Part shown: positions 18,513 through 28,135 of the stretch, one piece after another
Layout: each line of letters starts with the position of its first letter
Position numbering within the stretch: the first letter of the stretch is position 1
DNA from: Verrucomicrobiota bacterium
Lineage (GTDB): Bacteria; Verrucomicrobiota; Verrucomicrobiia; Opitutales; Cerasicoccaceae
Direction of reading: 5' to 3'
Length of the DNA: 64,000 nt
NCBI GenBank assembly: GCA_039818205.1
Contig: JBCBUK010000004.1
Coordinates: 40,302-104,301, forward strand
The notes under the pieces: generated by a model
What the model saw: only the letters and a program-made list of their open reading frames with translations
Told to the model about the DNA's origin: nothing
Databases searched by the model: none
Position numbers and translations under genes: made by a program

Positions 18513-19808
18513 CTAGAGTTTGCGCAAGCCAGACGTAAGCACATCGATGGTCTTGTCGATATCGGCATCGCTATGCGCGGTGCTGATAAAGCAAGTCTCA
18601 TAGGCGGATGGCGGAAGGTATACTCCACTTTCCAATGCATGGTGAAACAGCACTTTGAAATTGTCAGTTTTGCTGGCGGTCGCCTCGGCGAAATTGGTTA
18701 CGGGTTCCTCGGCAAAGTATAGTGCGAACATCGAGCCAACCTGAGGAACCTGCAAGGGCAGGCCGATTTCGTTCGCTATTGCAAGTAAGGCTTCTTTGAT
18801 GCGCGTGCCCATCCCATCAAGGCGCTCGAACGGATTTTCAGATTTCAATAGGTCGAGTGCAGTAATTCCCGCAGCCATCGCTAGCGGATTCCCGCTCAAC
18901 GTGCCTGCTTGATACACCGGGCCCTCGGGAGCAAGCATGTCCATAATGTCGGCTCGTCCGCCAAACGCACCAACTGGGAGCCCACCGCCGATGATCTTGC
19001 CCATCGCGGTCAAGTCAGGGGTAATGCCTTCGCGTTCCTGGACGCCGCCAAGGGCAACGCGGAAACCGGTCATCACCTCGTCGAATATAAGCACGGTCTT
19101 GTTGTTCGTGCAGAGGTCGCGCAGTTTTTGCAGGTAACCTGGAAGTGGCAAAATTAAGCCGCAGTTGGCCGGATAGGGTTCCAGGATTACGGCGGCCAAG
19201 TCGCCACCATGTTCAGTAAAGGCTACCTCAAGTGCCGCAACGTCATTGTAGGGAAGCACGATGGTTTCGGATGCGAATCCAGCTGGGACACCTGCACTGT
19301 CGGGTTGGCCCAAGGTCAGTGCACCGGATCCCGCCGCGACGAGCAGCCCATCGACGTGTCCATGATAACACCCAGAAAATTTGATGACCTTATTGCGGCC
19401 CGTGAAGCCGCGCGCGAGACGAATGGCGGACATCGTTGCTTCGGTTCCGCTATTGACCATCCTTACTTTTTCTACCGACGGAACGAACTCAACCACGCGT
19501 TCGGCCATTGCGACCTCATAAGGATTTGGGGTGCCAAAACTGGTTCCTTTGGAAAGTGCGTCGGCAATTGCGTTACGAATCTCGAGGCGATTGTGGCCAT
19601 GGATTGCTGGCCCCCAGGTGCACACATAGTCGACGAGCTCTTGGCCATCGGCGGTTGTCAGCTTACTCCCAATGGCATTCTGGGTGAAAAACGGTGCGCC
19701 GCCCACGGAGCGAAACGCTCGGACCGGGGAGTTGACTCCTCCAGGGATTAGCTTTCGGGCGCGTTCAAATAAAGATTCGGAGCTGACGGTGAGGTTCTCT
19801 GCGGTCAT
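18513..19808 (-). CDS. hemL: Glutamate-1-semialdehyde 2,1-aminomutase
   Basis: [62 protein letters not shown] 19808 chosen over the upstream TTG. Confidence 0.96.
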   Translation of the reverse strand: MTAENLTVSSESLFERARKLIPGGVNSPVRAFRSVGGAPFFTQNAIGSKLTTADGQELVDYVCTWGPAIHGHNRLEIRNAIADALSKGTSFGTPNPYEVAMAERVVEFVPSVEKVRMVNSGTEATMSAIRLARGFTGRNKVIKFSGCYHGHVDGLLVAAGSGALTLGQPDSAGVPAGFASETIVLPYNDVAALEVAFTEHGGDLAAVILEPYPANCGLILPLPGYLQKLRDLCTNNKTVLIFDEVMTGFRVALGGVQEREGITPDLTAMGKIIGGGLPVGAFGGRADIMDMLAPEGPVYQAGTLSGNPLAMAAGITALDLLKSENPFERLDGMGTRIKEALLAIANEIGLPLQVPQVGSMFALYFAEEPVTNFAEATASKTDNFKVLFHHALESGVYLPPSAYETCFISTAHSDADIDKTIDVLTSGLRKL

Positions 19809-19830
19809 GTCGGTAGGGTTTAAATTGAAT

Positions 19831-20862
19831 TTATTTTGCGGAGGCAATCACGGTTTCAACCAGCGTTTCTACGCATTCGATTTTGGCACTTGGCAGGATG
19901 CCATGGCCTAGATTGAAGATATGCCCAGGTGCGTTGTTCATTCCATTCAGGAGCTCTTCGGCCGCGGTCTTGACCACCTGAGGATTGGTGCTCAGCAGCG
20001 AAGGATCGAGGTTGCCTTGCAGTGCAACGGTATCGGGCGCCAGCTGACGGGTTTTGGGTAGATCGACAGTCCAGTCGATGCCGAGGACTTTGGCACCGCT
20101 GGCGGATAGGGACTCAAGGTGATGCACCATACCTTTTGCAAAAAGGATGATCCGGGTCTCTTCCGGGAGCGCATCGATGATTCGCCGAATCCATTTGAGC
20201 GACATCTCATGATAATCGGGGCCGGGGCAAGCCGAGGCCCAGCTATCGAAGATCTGAACACAGTCGGCGCCCGCAGCAAGTTGCATCTTGAGCAGCTCGG
20301 TAACCGCCTCGGATAGCTTCTCCATCAAGGAATCGAACTGCTTTCGATGCTCGTAGAAAAGTGCCTTGATCGCAGTGAAGTCTTTCGATGAGCCACCTTC
20401 GACCATGTAGCAGGCGAGCGTCCAGGGCGACCCAGCAAATCCGAGGACAGCGCGATCGCTACCGATCTCGCCATCAACCTGTTTCAGCGCTTGTGCAATG
20501 TAATTAAGCTTTTCAGGAATCGCCGAGGCCGGGGCGAGGCGATCGAGGTCTGCTGGCGTTTCCAAGCGAAAGTCCATTCCAATACCGCCCGCTTCGCGGA
20601 AGTGGTAGGGCTGCCCAAGCGCCTCGGGCACGATCAAAATATCGGAAAACACGATCGCTGCATCTAAAGCAAATCGGCGGAGCGGTTGCAGCGTCACCTC
20701 GGTTGCAAGGTCCGGCGTGCGAACCATGGTAACAAAATCGTACTGCTCCTTCAGTTTACGGTATTCAGGCAGATAGCGACCGGCTTGGCGCATGATCCAG
20801 ATGGGCGGTCGGTCAACGGCTTGGCAATTAGCAGCAGCAATGAAGCGTTCTTTTGAAGTCAT
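19831..20862 (-). CDS. hemE: Uroporphyrinogen decarboxylase
   Basis: [51 protein letters not shown]. Confidence 0.97.
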   Translation of the reverse strand: MTSKERFIAAANCQAVDRPPIWIMRQAGRYLPEYRKLKEQYDFVTMVRTPDLATEVTLQPLRRFALDAAIVFSDILIVPEALGQPYHFREAGGIGMDFRLETPADLDRLAPASAIPEKLNYIAQALKQVDGEIGSDRAVLGFAGSPWTLACYMVEGGSSKDFTAIKALFYEHRKQFDSLMEKLSEAVTELLKMQLAAGADCVQIFDSWASACPGPDYHEMSLKWIRRIIDALPEETRIILFAKGMVHHLESLSASGAKVLGIDWTVDLPKTRQLAPDTVALQGNLDPSLLSTNPQVVKTAAEELLNGMNNAPGHIFNLGHGILPSAKIECVETLVETVIASAK

Positions 20863-20915
20863 ACGGTTGTCTTTAAATCTCGAGGTTTCTCAATTTGGAG
20901 TATTCGGCCGGGCTC

Positions 20916-21839
20916 TTAGCTGATTGTGTGCCCATCCAGCCAATCACGGGGTCGCAGGAAATCGATCAGCTCGGCCTCTCGGCTACCGGCTTCTGGGGTG
21001 TGCCCATACTCCCAGCGCACCAGCGGTGGCAACGACATTAAAATTGACTCGGTTCGGCCGCCACTCTGCAGGCCAAACAGGGTTCCCCGGTCATAGAGTA
21101 AGTTGAATTCCACGTAGCGTCCGCGCCGGTACAGTTGCCATTGCCGTTCGCGGTCGCCGTAAGCGTGGTCGAGGCGGCGTTCAACGATCGGAACGTAGGC
21201 GCGCGGGTAAGATTCGGCAACGGAGCGCATAAAGCCGAAGGCCTGCTCGAAGTCAGGCTCATTCAAGTCATCGAAGAAAAGGCCGCCAACGCCGCGTGTT
21301 TCATCGCGATGCTTGAGGTAAAAATACTCGTCACACCATTTCTTGTAGCGCGGGTAGTAATCGTCGCCGAATGGCTGGCAAGCGACCTGCGCATTCTCAT
21401 GCCAAAGCTTCGCATCGTCCAAGAAGGGATAAATAGGTGTGAGGTCGAAGCCACCGCCAAACCACCAAACCGGCGCTTCGCCATCCTTTTCGGCAATGAA
21501 AAAGCGGACGTTTGCGTGCGAGGTTGGGGCGAAGGGGTTGCGTGGATGCATCACCACCGATACGCCCATTGCCCGGAATGAGCGGCCGGCTAACTGTGGG
21601 CGATGTGCGGTTGCTGATGCTGGCAGCGAACTACCTTGAACGTCTGAGAAATTTACGCCGCCTTTTTCAAATACCGCGCCGTTGTCCAATACTCGTGATT
21701 CACCGCCACCGCCTTCGGGACGTTTCCATTGCTCGGCGACGAAATCGCGACCGGGTTCGAGAGCACCATACTGTTCGCACAGTGAATTTTGATAGCGGCG
21801 GAGGAATTGATAAACGGCTTCTGCGTCGATGCTCGGCAT
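20916..21839 (-). CDS. hemF: Oxygen-dependent coproporphyrinogen III oxidase
   Basis: [81 protein letters not shown]. Confidence 0.97.
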   Translation of the reverse strand: MPSIDAEAVYQFLRRYQNSLCEQYGALEPGRDFVAEQWKRPEGGGGESRVLDNGAVFEKGGVNFSDVQGSSLPASATAHRPQLAGRSFRAMGVSVVMHPRNPFAPTSHANVRFFIAEKDGEAPVWWFGGGFDLTPIYPFLDDAKLWHENAQVACQPFGDDYYPRYKKWCDEYFYLKHRDETRGVGGLFFDDLNEPDFEQAFGFMRSVAESYPRAYVPIVERRLDHAYGDRERQWQLYRRGRYVEFNLLYDRGTLFGLQSGGRTESILMSLPPLVRWEYGHTPEAGSREAELIDFLRPRDWLDGHTIS

Positions 21840-21954
21840 GGGTCGGTGGACGTAACTCTAGGGCTGGTTGATCTTCAGTGAGATCCTTTTCTATGCACGC
21901 GAATCCAGGGGTCGTCCACAACAAGATTCGTTTTTGTCGCTAAGTGCGGACCTC

Positions 21955-22224
21955 TCAGAGCACGAAGGTCAGTGCGAAAATGATTATCGTGATAGCGGCA
22001 ATGATTCCGACGACAAGACGCTTAGCGGGCCAATCTCCGTAGACTCCGCCTTTGTTTATGCAGCCGTCCGTCTCGTCAAAGGCTTCGTCGGGCAGATCGA
22101 TGCCATCAAGGTAGGCCGTATCTTCGTTCCAGCCGGTGCGCTCATCAGCACCGCATTCGGGGCAAGAAGGCGACCCAGTTTCGACGGATTCGCCACAAAC
22201 CGGACAGGTGAAAAAGCGACTCAT
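21955..22224 (-). CDS. Small zinc-ribbon protein with C-terminal membrane anchor
   Basis: CPVCG...CPECG, acidic middle, hydrophobic C-terminus (LVVGIIAAITIIIFALTFVL). Confidence 0.75.
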   Translation of the reverse strand: MSRFFTCPVCGESVETGSPSCPECGADERTGWNEDTAYLDGIDLPDEAFDETDGCINKGGVYGDWPAKRLVVGIIAAITIIIFALTFVL

Positions 22225-22250
22225 ACGTGAGGCTTGTTCAGTGTCACCGT

Positions 22251-22535
22251 CTATTTCAATGCAAAATTGATCCGAAAGGAATTCTCCGAGGATTCTTCGC
22301 TCTTGGAGAATCGCTCTGAGCCAGAGCGAATCATGATCTTGCCTTCATAGATCCAACGATAAACTGCGCTACTGCGGCCGGAGTTGAATTTGACCCGTGA
22401 GAACACCAGCTCTCGCTCGGAACTGCCCAGCTTGACCGGCACGCTGTAAGAATCTTCCTCGCAGGACATCGGGTCCGGAAGGCTTTCGCTGGCGCGCTTT
22501 ACTTGATCAAGAGACGGGAGAAATCGTTTGCTCAT
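22251..22535 (-). CDS. Hypothetical protein (94 aa)
   Basis: ATG-started ORF co-oriented with its neighbours and filling the gap; TTGACA at 22577-22572 (minus strand) upstream. Confidence 0.65.
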   Translation of the reverse strand: MSKRFLPSLDQVKRASESLPDPMSCEEDSYSVPVKLGSSERELVFSRVKFNSGRSSAVYRWIYEGKIMIRSGSERFSKSEESSENSFRINFALK

Positions 22536-22925
22536 ACTGGATAAAGATCACGATCTAATTTGGAAGATATATGTCAAGTTGCATTCGTGTTAACGTTTTA
22601 TGAAATCTCGGTTTATCCGAATCAGTGTCCGTTAATTAGAAAGTCTTAACGGTAGCATTAGCGAACTTATCATAGTGTCGATAAAATGATATCTGAATAA
22701 GTGTATATGCCTAGCTATAGTGGCTTTTATGCTTATGGGTTAGGGCCGTATTTCGGCGCTGTTAGGGGCTTTTGCTCCTGCTTGGCATGGGTTTGCGAGA
22801 CCTATTCTCAATGCTTCTTGCAGCTGCATTTTCGCTTAAAAAAATACAGAAGATTTCAAGCTATAGTGATATATAGATACCACGCCGCTCTACTGTATCG
22901 AGCACCTACTTGTTCACTTTGATAG

Positions 22926-22954
22926 TTGACCCGGTCTTATTTGGTCGGTAATTT
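22926..22954 (+). promoter_or_regulatory. Sigma70-type promoter, TTGACC-N17-TAATTT
   Basis: -35 at 22926-22931, 17-nt spacer, -10 at 22949-22954; predicted TSS about 22961. Confidence 0.55.
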
Positions 22955-22960
22955 TGTTAA

Positions 22961-23090
22961 AAATTTGTTTTAAATTTACAGGAGAATAGGTCGATCTACC
23001 TATGTTCCTGTTCAGGTTTCTCTAGCCTAGCTAGGGATTATTGGGGAATATACGAGAAGCCGCTCTCTCTAGGGGTAGGGAGAGCGGCCC
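22961..23090 (+). ncRNA. Candidate small RNA (about 130 nt), no family recognised
   Basis: Follows the promoter above. Hairpin 22978-23011 (ACAGGA-ga-ATAGGT/ACCTAT-gt-TCCTGT) and a 13-bp hairpin 23059-23088 with a GGGG loop. The downstream gene has its own promoter. Confidence 0.4.
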
Positions 23091-23134
23091 TACTGATTGC
23101 CGTAAATGATATTCCCATTTCAGTCATTCAATGA

Positions 23135-23162
23135 TTGAAGGCGGGCCTGACAGTTACATGCT
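23135..23162 (+). promoter_or_regulatory. Putative leaderless promoter, TTGAAG-N16-CATGCT, 6 nt before ATG
   Basis: -10 ends at 23162, ATG at 23169, no Shine-Dalgarno. Confidence 0.45.
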
Positions 23163-23168
23163 GAAATC

Positions 23169-25547
23169 ATGAGCATGGAAGGGCATACTCCGGTGTTAAT
23201 CAACGACTTGGCCGTTGTGTTGATTTGTGCTGCCGGGGTTACTCTGCTGTTCAAACGCCTGCGTCTGCCCGTTTTTTTTGGTTATCTGGTTGGTGGCCTG
23301 CTTCTTAGTCCTAATTTGTGGGATCGGTCACCAGTCCGGGACTTGGAAACGATTCAGGCTTTGAGCGAATTAGGCGTCGTCTTCTTGATGTTTTCTTTGG
23401 GCCTCGAGTTCGATTTACGCCGATTGCGTCAGGTGCTTGGCCCTTCATTATTAGCAATCGTTTTACAAACGGTATTGATGCTCTTTTTGGGGTCTCAGGT
23501 TGCGCCCTTGTTGGGTTGGGGGGTGGTCCAAGGCTTGTTTCTGGGGTCAATTTTAGCGATCAGCTCGTCGATGGTAACGGTTGCCATATTGAGAGAACTC
23601 GGGCGTTGGCGGAAGCCGCACGCTCAGTTGGCCGTTGGGGTGTTGATATTAGAGGACATCCTTGCAATTGCCTTGTTGGTGATTCTATCCGGGGTCGCCG
23701 TTTCGGGAACCCCGCAGTGGAGTGCGGTTGGCGGTGTTACGTTCCTGATCTGCCTGTTTGTGGTTGCGATTTATTATTTCGGGAAGCTCGTCGCACCGCG
23801 TTTGCTGGGCTTTTTGGAGAAACATGGGAGCGCCGAGCTGATAACGATTTCGGTGGTAGCGTTGATGCTTGGTCTTTGCCTGTTGGCCGAGCAATTTGAT
23901 CTATCGGTCGCGCTGGGAGCGTTTTTGGCAGGCTCGATCCTTTCGCAGACTTCGCTTACAAAGGATATCGAACACACAACTGAGCCGCTGCGTAATGTAT
24001 TCTGCGCCGTTTTTTTTGTCTCGGTTGGCATGCTGATCGACCCAGAATCGCTTTGGGAAAACATTGGTGTGATTTTATTGATCACGGTTACCATGCAGCT
24101 TTTGAAGATTGGCTCGGTCTGGCTGGGCTTCTTTTTGGCGGGCCAACGAACAGATACGTCTTTTCGCGCCGCAACGGTTAAGTCGCAGATCGGGGAGTTT
24201 TCATTTATTATTGCCGCGTTAGGCCAGAGTCTTGGCGTTACTGACGGTTCTTTGATGTCAATTGCCGTAGGCGTATCCGTCCTGAGTAGTGGCGGCAGTA
24301 TTTTCTTGGCCAAACAAGCCGATCCGATTCACACCTGGTTGGCGAAACGCATGCCCAAAAGCCTGGCTACTGGTGGGCAGTTTTATCTCAACCTTCTGGA
24401 AAGTGTCGGCACCCGTGCCGAGAAGGCGATTCTACTGAGGCTGATCAAGCGCCCTATACTGCAGATCTTGTTTAATTTCCTGCTGCTCAATGTCTTCGTG
24501 TTGCTTGCGTATTTGGCGAACGGGGTTGTTCTCCAGCATTTTGAGGCGGATCCAAACCTTGGGCTTATGGCTGGGCTGGCCGTGTGGATGTTAGCCGGTA
24601 TTGTTAGTCTACCGTTTGTCACTGCGATGATTCGTAATCTGAACGCGATCGTTATGATGGTGATGGATTCGTTTTTAGCCACTGGGGCTACGCGGTCCTT
24701 TATTCAGGGCCGCATTCGAAACATATTTCATGGCGTGATTACGCTGAGCGTTGTGCTCATGGTCAGCGTGTTTTATCTCACCGTGGCCGCTCAATACCTC
24801 CCAACAGGGGTTGCCTTGGTAGCGATGTTGTTACTGATTATCGCAAGTGCGACTTTCTTCTGGAACCGTATTATCCGTTTCAACAGCCAGTTGGAATATC
24901 TGTTCATGGAGAGCTTTAACCAGCGAATTGTTGATGAAGAGGCGGATCGGCGGGAATCCACCTTGGCCGCGATTGAAAAGAGCTACCCGTGGCCAGTTAC
25001 GGTACGAGAAGTTGCTATTCCGGCGGGGGCAACGGTCAGCGGTAAACGATTAAAGGACACCGATCTGCGATCAAAAACCGGAGCTTCGGTGGTGGCTTTG
25101 TCGCGGGCGGGGCAGGTAATATATGGCCTTGATCCTGACGAGGTGATTTTTCCCGGTGATCATTGGTATGTTTTTGGTGGAGAGTCTCAGATTACCCAAG
25201 CCGAGAAGCTGTTAACGGAATTTGGGAGCTCGCCAGTTTTGAGCCATGCGGCGCCCGCTTTAAATATTGAAAAGGTCTACATCAATCGGGATTCGCCCCT
25301 TGTTGAGGAAACCCTGGCCAGTGCAGAGCTGCGGAATAAGCATGGGGTCAACGTGTTGGGAATTCAGCGGGGAGAGCGTCGCATTACGAGTCCAACCCCA
25401 GAAGAAATCATCCAAGCCCATGACGTTTTGTATGTTATTGGCGCACAAGTCGCCGTGACTCAATTGGAGAGCCTTCGGCGCGAGCCGGAGGATGGCGAAA
25501 ATGATGGTCAGGCAATCGGTTCGGAAGTAGACCGGGGACAAAATTGA
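23169..25547 (+). CDS. CPA2-family cation:proton antiporter with two C-terminal TrkA-C (RCK-C) domains
   Basis: LGVVFLMFSLGLEF, AISSS, GVLILEDI, LGAFLAG, FFVSVGM, QIGEFSFII; two LR...G..V....R repeats near the C-terminus. Confidence 0.9.
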   Translation: MSMEGHTPVLINDLAVVLICAAGVTLLFKRLRLPVFFGYLVGGLLLSPNLWDRSPVRDLETIQALSELGVVFLMFSLGLEFDLRRLRQVLGPSLLAIVLQTVLMLFLGSQVAPLLGWGVVQGLFLGSILAISSSMVTVAILRELGRWRKPHAQLAVGVLILEDILAIALLVILSGVAVSGTPQWSAVGGVTFLICLFVVAIYYFGKLVAPRLLGFLEKHGSAELITISVVALMLGLCLLAEQFDLSVALGAFLAGSILSQTSLTKDIEHTTEPLRNVFCAVFFVSVGMLIDPESLWENIGVILLITVTMQLLKIGSVWLGFFLAGQRTDTSFRAATVKSQIGEFSFIIAALGQSLGVTDGSLMSIAVGVSVLSSGGSIFLAKQADPIHTWLAKRMPKSLATGGQFYLNLLESVGTRAEKAILLRLIKRPILQILFNFLLLNVFVLLAYLANGVVLQHFEADPNLGLMAGLAVWMLAGIVSLPFVTAMIRNLNAIVMMVMDSFLATGATRSFIQGRIRNIFHGVITLSVVLMVSVFYLTVAAQYLPTGVALVAMLLLIIASATFFWNRIIRFNSQLEYLFMESFNQRIVDEEADRRESTLAAIEKSYPWPVTVREVAIPAGATVSGKRLKDTDLRSKTGASVVALSRAGQVIYGLDPDEVIFPGDHWYVFGGESQITQAEKLLTEFGSSPVLSHAAPALNIEKVYINRDSPLVEETLASAELRNKHGVNVLGIQRGERRITSPTPEEIIQAHDVLYVIGAQVAVTQLESLRREPEDGENDGQAIGSEVDRGQN

Positions 25548-25556
25548 TTTCTCCGC

Positions 25557-25586
25557 TTGCCCCGGGACGGGCTCGTCTGCCAAATT
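25557..25586 (+). promoter_or_regulatory. Putative leaderless promoter, TTGCCC-N18-CAAATT, 7 nt before ATG
   Basis: Same spacing as the other promoters in the window; ATG at 25594 has no SD. Confidence 0.35.
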
Positions 25587-25593
25587 TTCGTTT

Positions 25594-26373
25594 ATGCTTC
25601 GTTGCGGCTTAAATGCTCTAATCGTGACTTTGTTGCTACTGTTGGGTGGCTGCGACCAATACGGTGGCGACAGTTTGGTCGATGAGACCGACGAGAAACA
25701 CTACCAACGTGGGCAACGCCTATTGCGCGAGGGCCGCCATGGTGAAGCCCTCAACGCGTTTCTTAAGGTGGTCGAGAAACGGCCGGACGCTGCGGAGTCT
25801 CACCTGGAAGCGGGCATTCTCTATCAACAGCACGTCGGTGATCCGGTTGCGTCGATCTACCATCTGCGTCGATATCTGGAGCTTTCGCCCAACACTCGAG
25901 AAGCGGAAAAGGTCGAGCAGATGATCGAATCTTCCAAGAAGGACTTTGCACGACAGCTTCCTGGGCAACCGTACGATGCCGCGATTGATCGCTTAGATCT
26001 GTTGGAAATGTTGGAGGTGGTTCGCCAGGAGAACGAAGAGTTGAAGCGGCAACTTGCGGCGGCTCGACAAGGGATTGCTTCGTCTCCGCGGGTGACGGCT
26101 CCCACAACGAATCAACGGCAAACCGCGACTCGCCAACCCTCCAGCCCAACCGTTCAGCGGACACCACCGCCGACCCGGGAGCAACCGCCTGCTCAAACCC
26201 CAAACACCGGTGCACGCACCTACGAAGTGGTAGCGGGCGATACGCTGACGCGCATCAGCACCAAGGTTTACGGAGAACCGTCTCGTTTTCAGGACATTTT
26301 TAACGCGAACCGGGATCAGTTGCCGAATCCGAACGCTTTGAGAGTTGGGCAGCGGCTTAAGATCCCCGAGTAG
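25594..26373 (+). CDS. Lipoprotein with TPR-like repeats, coiled coil and C-terminal LysM
   Basis: LLGGC lipobox; TPR-like helices; Pro/Thr linker; LysM TYEVVAGDTLTRIS..VYG...IFNANRD...LRVGQRLKIP. Confidence 0.85.
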   Translation: MLRCGLNALIVTLLLLLGGCDQYGGDSLVDETDEKHYQRGQRLLREGRHGEALNAFLKVVEKRPDAAESHLEAGILYQQHVGDPVASIYHLRRYLELSPNTREAEKVEQMIESSKKDFARQLPGQPYDAAIDRLDLLEMLEVVRQENEELKRQLAAARQGIASSPRVTAPTTNQRQTATRQPSSPTVQRTPPPTREQPPAQTPNTGARTYEVVAGDTLTRISTKVYGEPSRFQDIFNANRDQLPNPNALRVGQRLKIPE

Positions 26374-27531
26374 GTGATGAATGGCTACTTCGATGCCAAT
26401 GCGACCACGCCTCTGTGCTCGGAGGCGCGGGCGGCGCTCATTGAGGCCATGGATCACCACTGGCAGAATCCTTCGAGTCCCTACCGGTCGGCGGCGCAGG
26501 TCCATGTTCGCCTTGAGCAAGCGCGCTCGAACCTTGCGGGGTTGTTTCAGGTCAATCCCGACTCAGTCATCTTTAACTCTGGCGCTACAGAGGGGAATTT
26601 CAGCGTATTTTCTTACTGGCGCGGTTTGGTCGCTCGGGACGCGAAGATTGCCGTCAGCAGCATTGAGCATCCGAGCGTTTTAGAAAACGCCCGCCAATTA
26701 TTTGGCGAATCCTTGGTTGAAATGCCCGTCGATGAATCGGGACGGGTTGCGCTATCGGCCATTGAGGATGCGGTAGCTGCAGGGGCAACGTTCATTTCTC
26801 TCATGGCAGCCAACAACGAGACTGGCGTCTTGCAACCATGGCATGACGCATTGGAAATTTGCCGTCAGAAACAAATTGCCCTGCACGTGGATGCGTCGCA
26901 ATGGGTTGGGCGAGAGCCGCTGGTTGGTTTGGCGGAGGCAGACTTTGTGACCGCATGCGCCCACAAATTTGGTGGCCCGAAGGGAGCCGGTTTCGTTCTC
27001 GTACGGAATGTATTCTCTAGTTTCGCTGGGCAGCGGGGAGGATCCCAGGAGAACGATCATCGAGCCGGTACGGAAAATTTTCCTGCGATTGCGGCGATGG
27101 TCACCGCACTCCAAACGCGAGAAGCTCAGCGTGAGGCAACAAATCAATCGTGGCTGCGGGGTCGTGAACAATTCTTGAAAACTATTCGAGCCGGTATTCC
27201 TGAGCTTGTCTTTTGGGGAGACAATGCACCGCGACTCGCGAACACGGTGAGTTTGTGCCTACCAAAGGGGGAGAACAGCCGCTGGGTGCGCTTACTCGAT
27301 CAACGGGGCTTTGATGTCTCAACCGGATCGGCTTGTGCAACTGGTCAGGCGGGGCCGTCGCATGTGTTGGCGGCCATGGCTGTGTCGCCGGAGCAGGCCC
27401 GACAAACGATTCGAGTGTCTGCGCTAGCGACTACTTTGGAATCAGATTGGCAGGCATTGGGCGAGGCATTGGTTGCCGTTTGGCAAACGATCAATGAGCC
27501 GCCGACCCAATCGCAGGTGATTGAGGTCTGA
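26374..27531 (+). CDS. Cysteine desulfurase, IscS/NifS-like class V PLP enzyme
   Basis: YFDANATTP, SGATE, IEHPSV, ANNETG, HVDASQ, AHKFGGPKG, GTEN, STGSAC (catalytic Cys). Start is GTG 26374 or ATG 26377. Confidence 0.9.
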   Translation: MMNGYFDANATTPLCSEARAALIEAMDHHWQNPSSPYRSAAQVHVRLEQARSNLAGLFQVNPDSVIFNSGATEGNFSVFSYWRGLVARDAKIAVSSIEHPSVLENARQLFGESLVEMPVDESGRVALSAIEDAVAAGATFISLMAANNETGVLQPWHDALEICRQKQIALHVDASQWVGREPLVGLAEADFVTACAHKFGGPKGAGFVLVRNVFSSFAGQRGGSQENDHRAGTENFPAIAAMVTALQTREAQREATNQSWLRGREQFLKTIRAGIPELVFWGDNAPRLANTVSLCLPKGENSRWVRLLDQRGFDVSTGSACATGQAGPSHVLAAMAVSPEQARQTIRVSALATTLESDWQALGEALVAVWQTINEPPTQSQVIEV

Positions 27532-27547
27532 TATTGAGGCGCTTGAA

Positions 27548-28006
27548 TCAATCAGGGATATCGGGCAGGCGGATGGTCTGTCTTTGCGAAGCTGGCAGCG
27601 GGTAGCCCACTGATTGAAAATCCCAAAGTGAAATTTTGTTGTCCTCGAATTCAATGGACAAGTGGCCATTGGTCGATTCCCAAGCCGCGGCCCATTGGCC
27701 ACTCGATGGTGTGACAAAACGGCCTGAGTTTTCATCAGTTGCGGGATATTGCTTCGCGTTGTACTCCCAAACTTCGATATCGGCGATCTGGTATTGGGCT
27801 TGGGGAGGGCCGAGCGCGATGTAAACCGCCTCACGTGAGTCTCCCGCGCAAATTTCTCCCCGCAGTAGGCGGGCCTGATCTCCTTCCGGTAGGCCGTTGT
27901 ATGCATGTGAGTATTGGCGTGCTCGGTGTTCGTGGGTAGTGCCACAGCCAGCTAGTGCAAGGATAGCGAGACAGGTGAGGGCGAATCTCAGGGTCTTTGG
28001 AGACAT
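27548..28006 (-). CDS. Putative lipoprotein (possibly SmpA/OmlA-like fold)
   Basis: ATG 28006, MSPKTLRF...LALAGC lipobox; G.SREAVYIALG.P...EVWEY pattern. Confidence 0.7.
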   Translation of the reverse strand: MSPKTLRFALTCLAILALAGCGTTHEHRARQYSHAYNGLPEGDQARLLRGEICAGDSREAVYIALGPPQAQYQIADIEVWEYNAKQYPATDENSGRFVTPSSGQWAAAWESTNGHLSIEFEDNKISLWDFQSVGYPLPASQRQTIRLPDIPD

Positions 28007-28135
28007 GATGGTTAACCGTGAAATGATGACTGAACCAATAAGCAACTTAATTCGCCCGGACTGGCCCGTGCGGCGTGAGGCGAAAACCGTTGCCATGTCC
28101 GATTGGAGGCTTTTGCTGGAGGAAAAATATCTATT

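Noticed and set aside
22793..22797. Sigma54-like TGGCATGGGTTTGC (TGGCA at about 22783-22797 region of the gap)
   Set aside because: Spacing is GG-N9-GC, one base short of the strict N10 requirement.
22536..22925. AT-rich gap as oriC, the 73-aa ORF 22701-22922, and the 10-bp repeat AGCTATAGTG (22713, 22859)
   Set aside because: No good TTATCCACA cluster. The ORF has atypical composition and no RBS. Two 10-mers alone are not interpretable.
22961..23168. Known riboswitch (c-di-AMP, fluoride, Na+/Li+) upstream of the antiporter
   Set aside because: I could not find the c-di-AMP or fluoride consensus blocks by eye, and the gene has its own proximal promoter. An Rfam scan is needed to exclude these fully.
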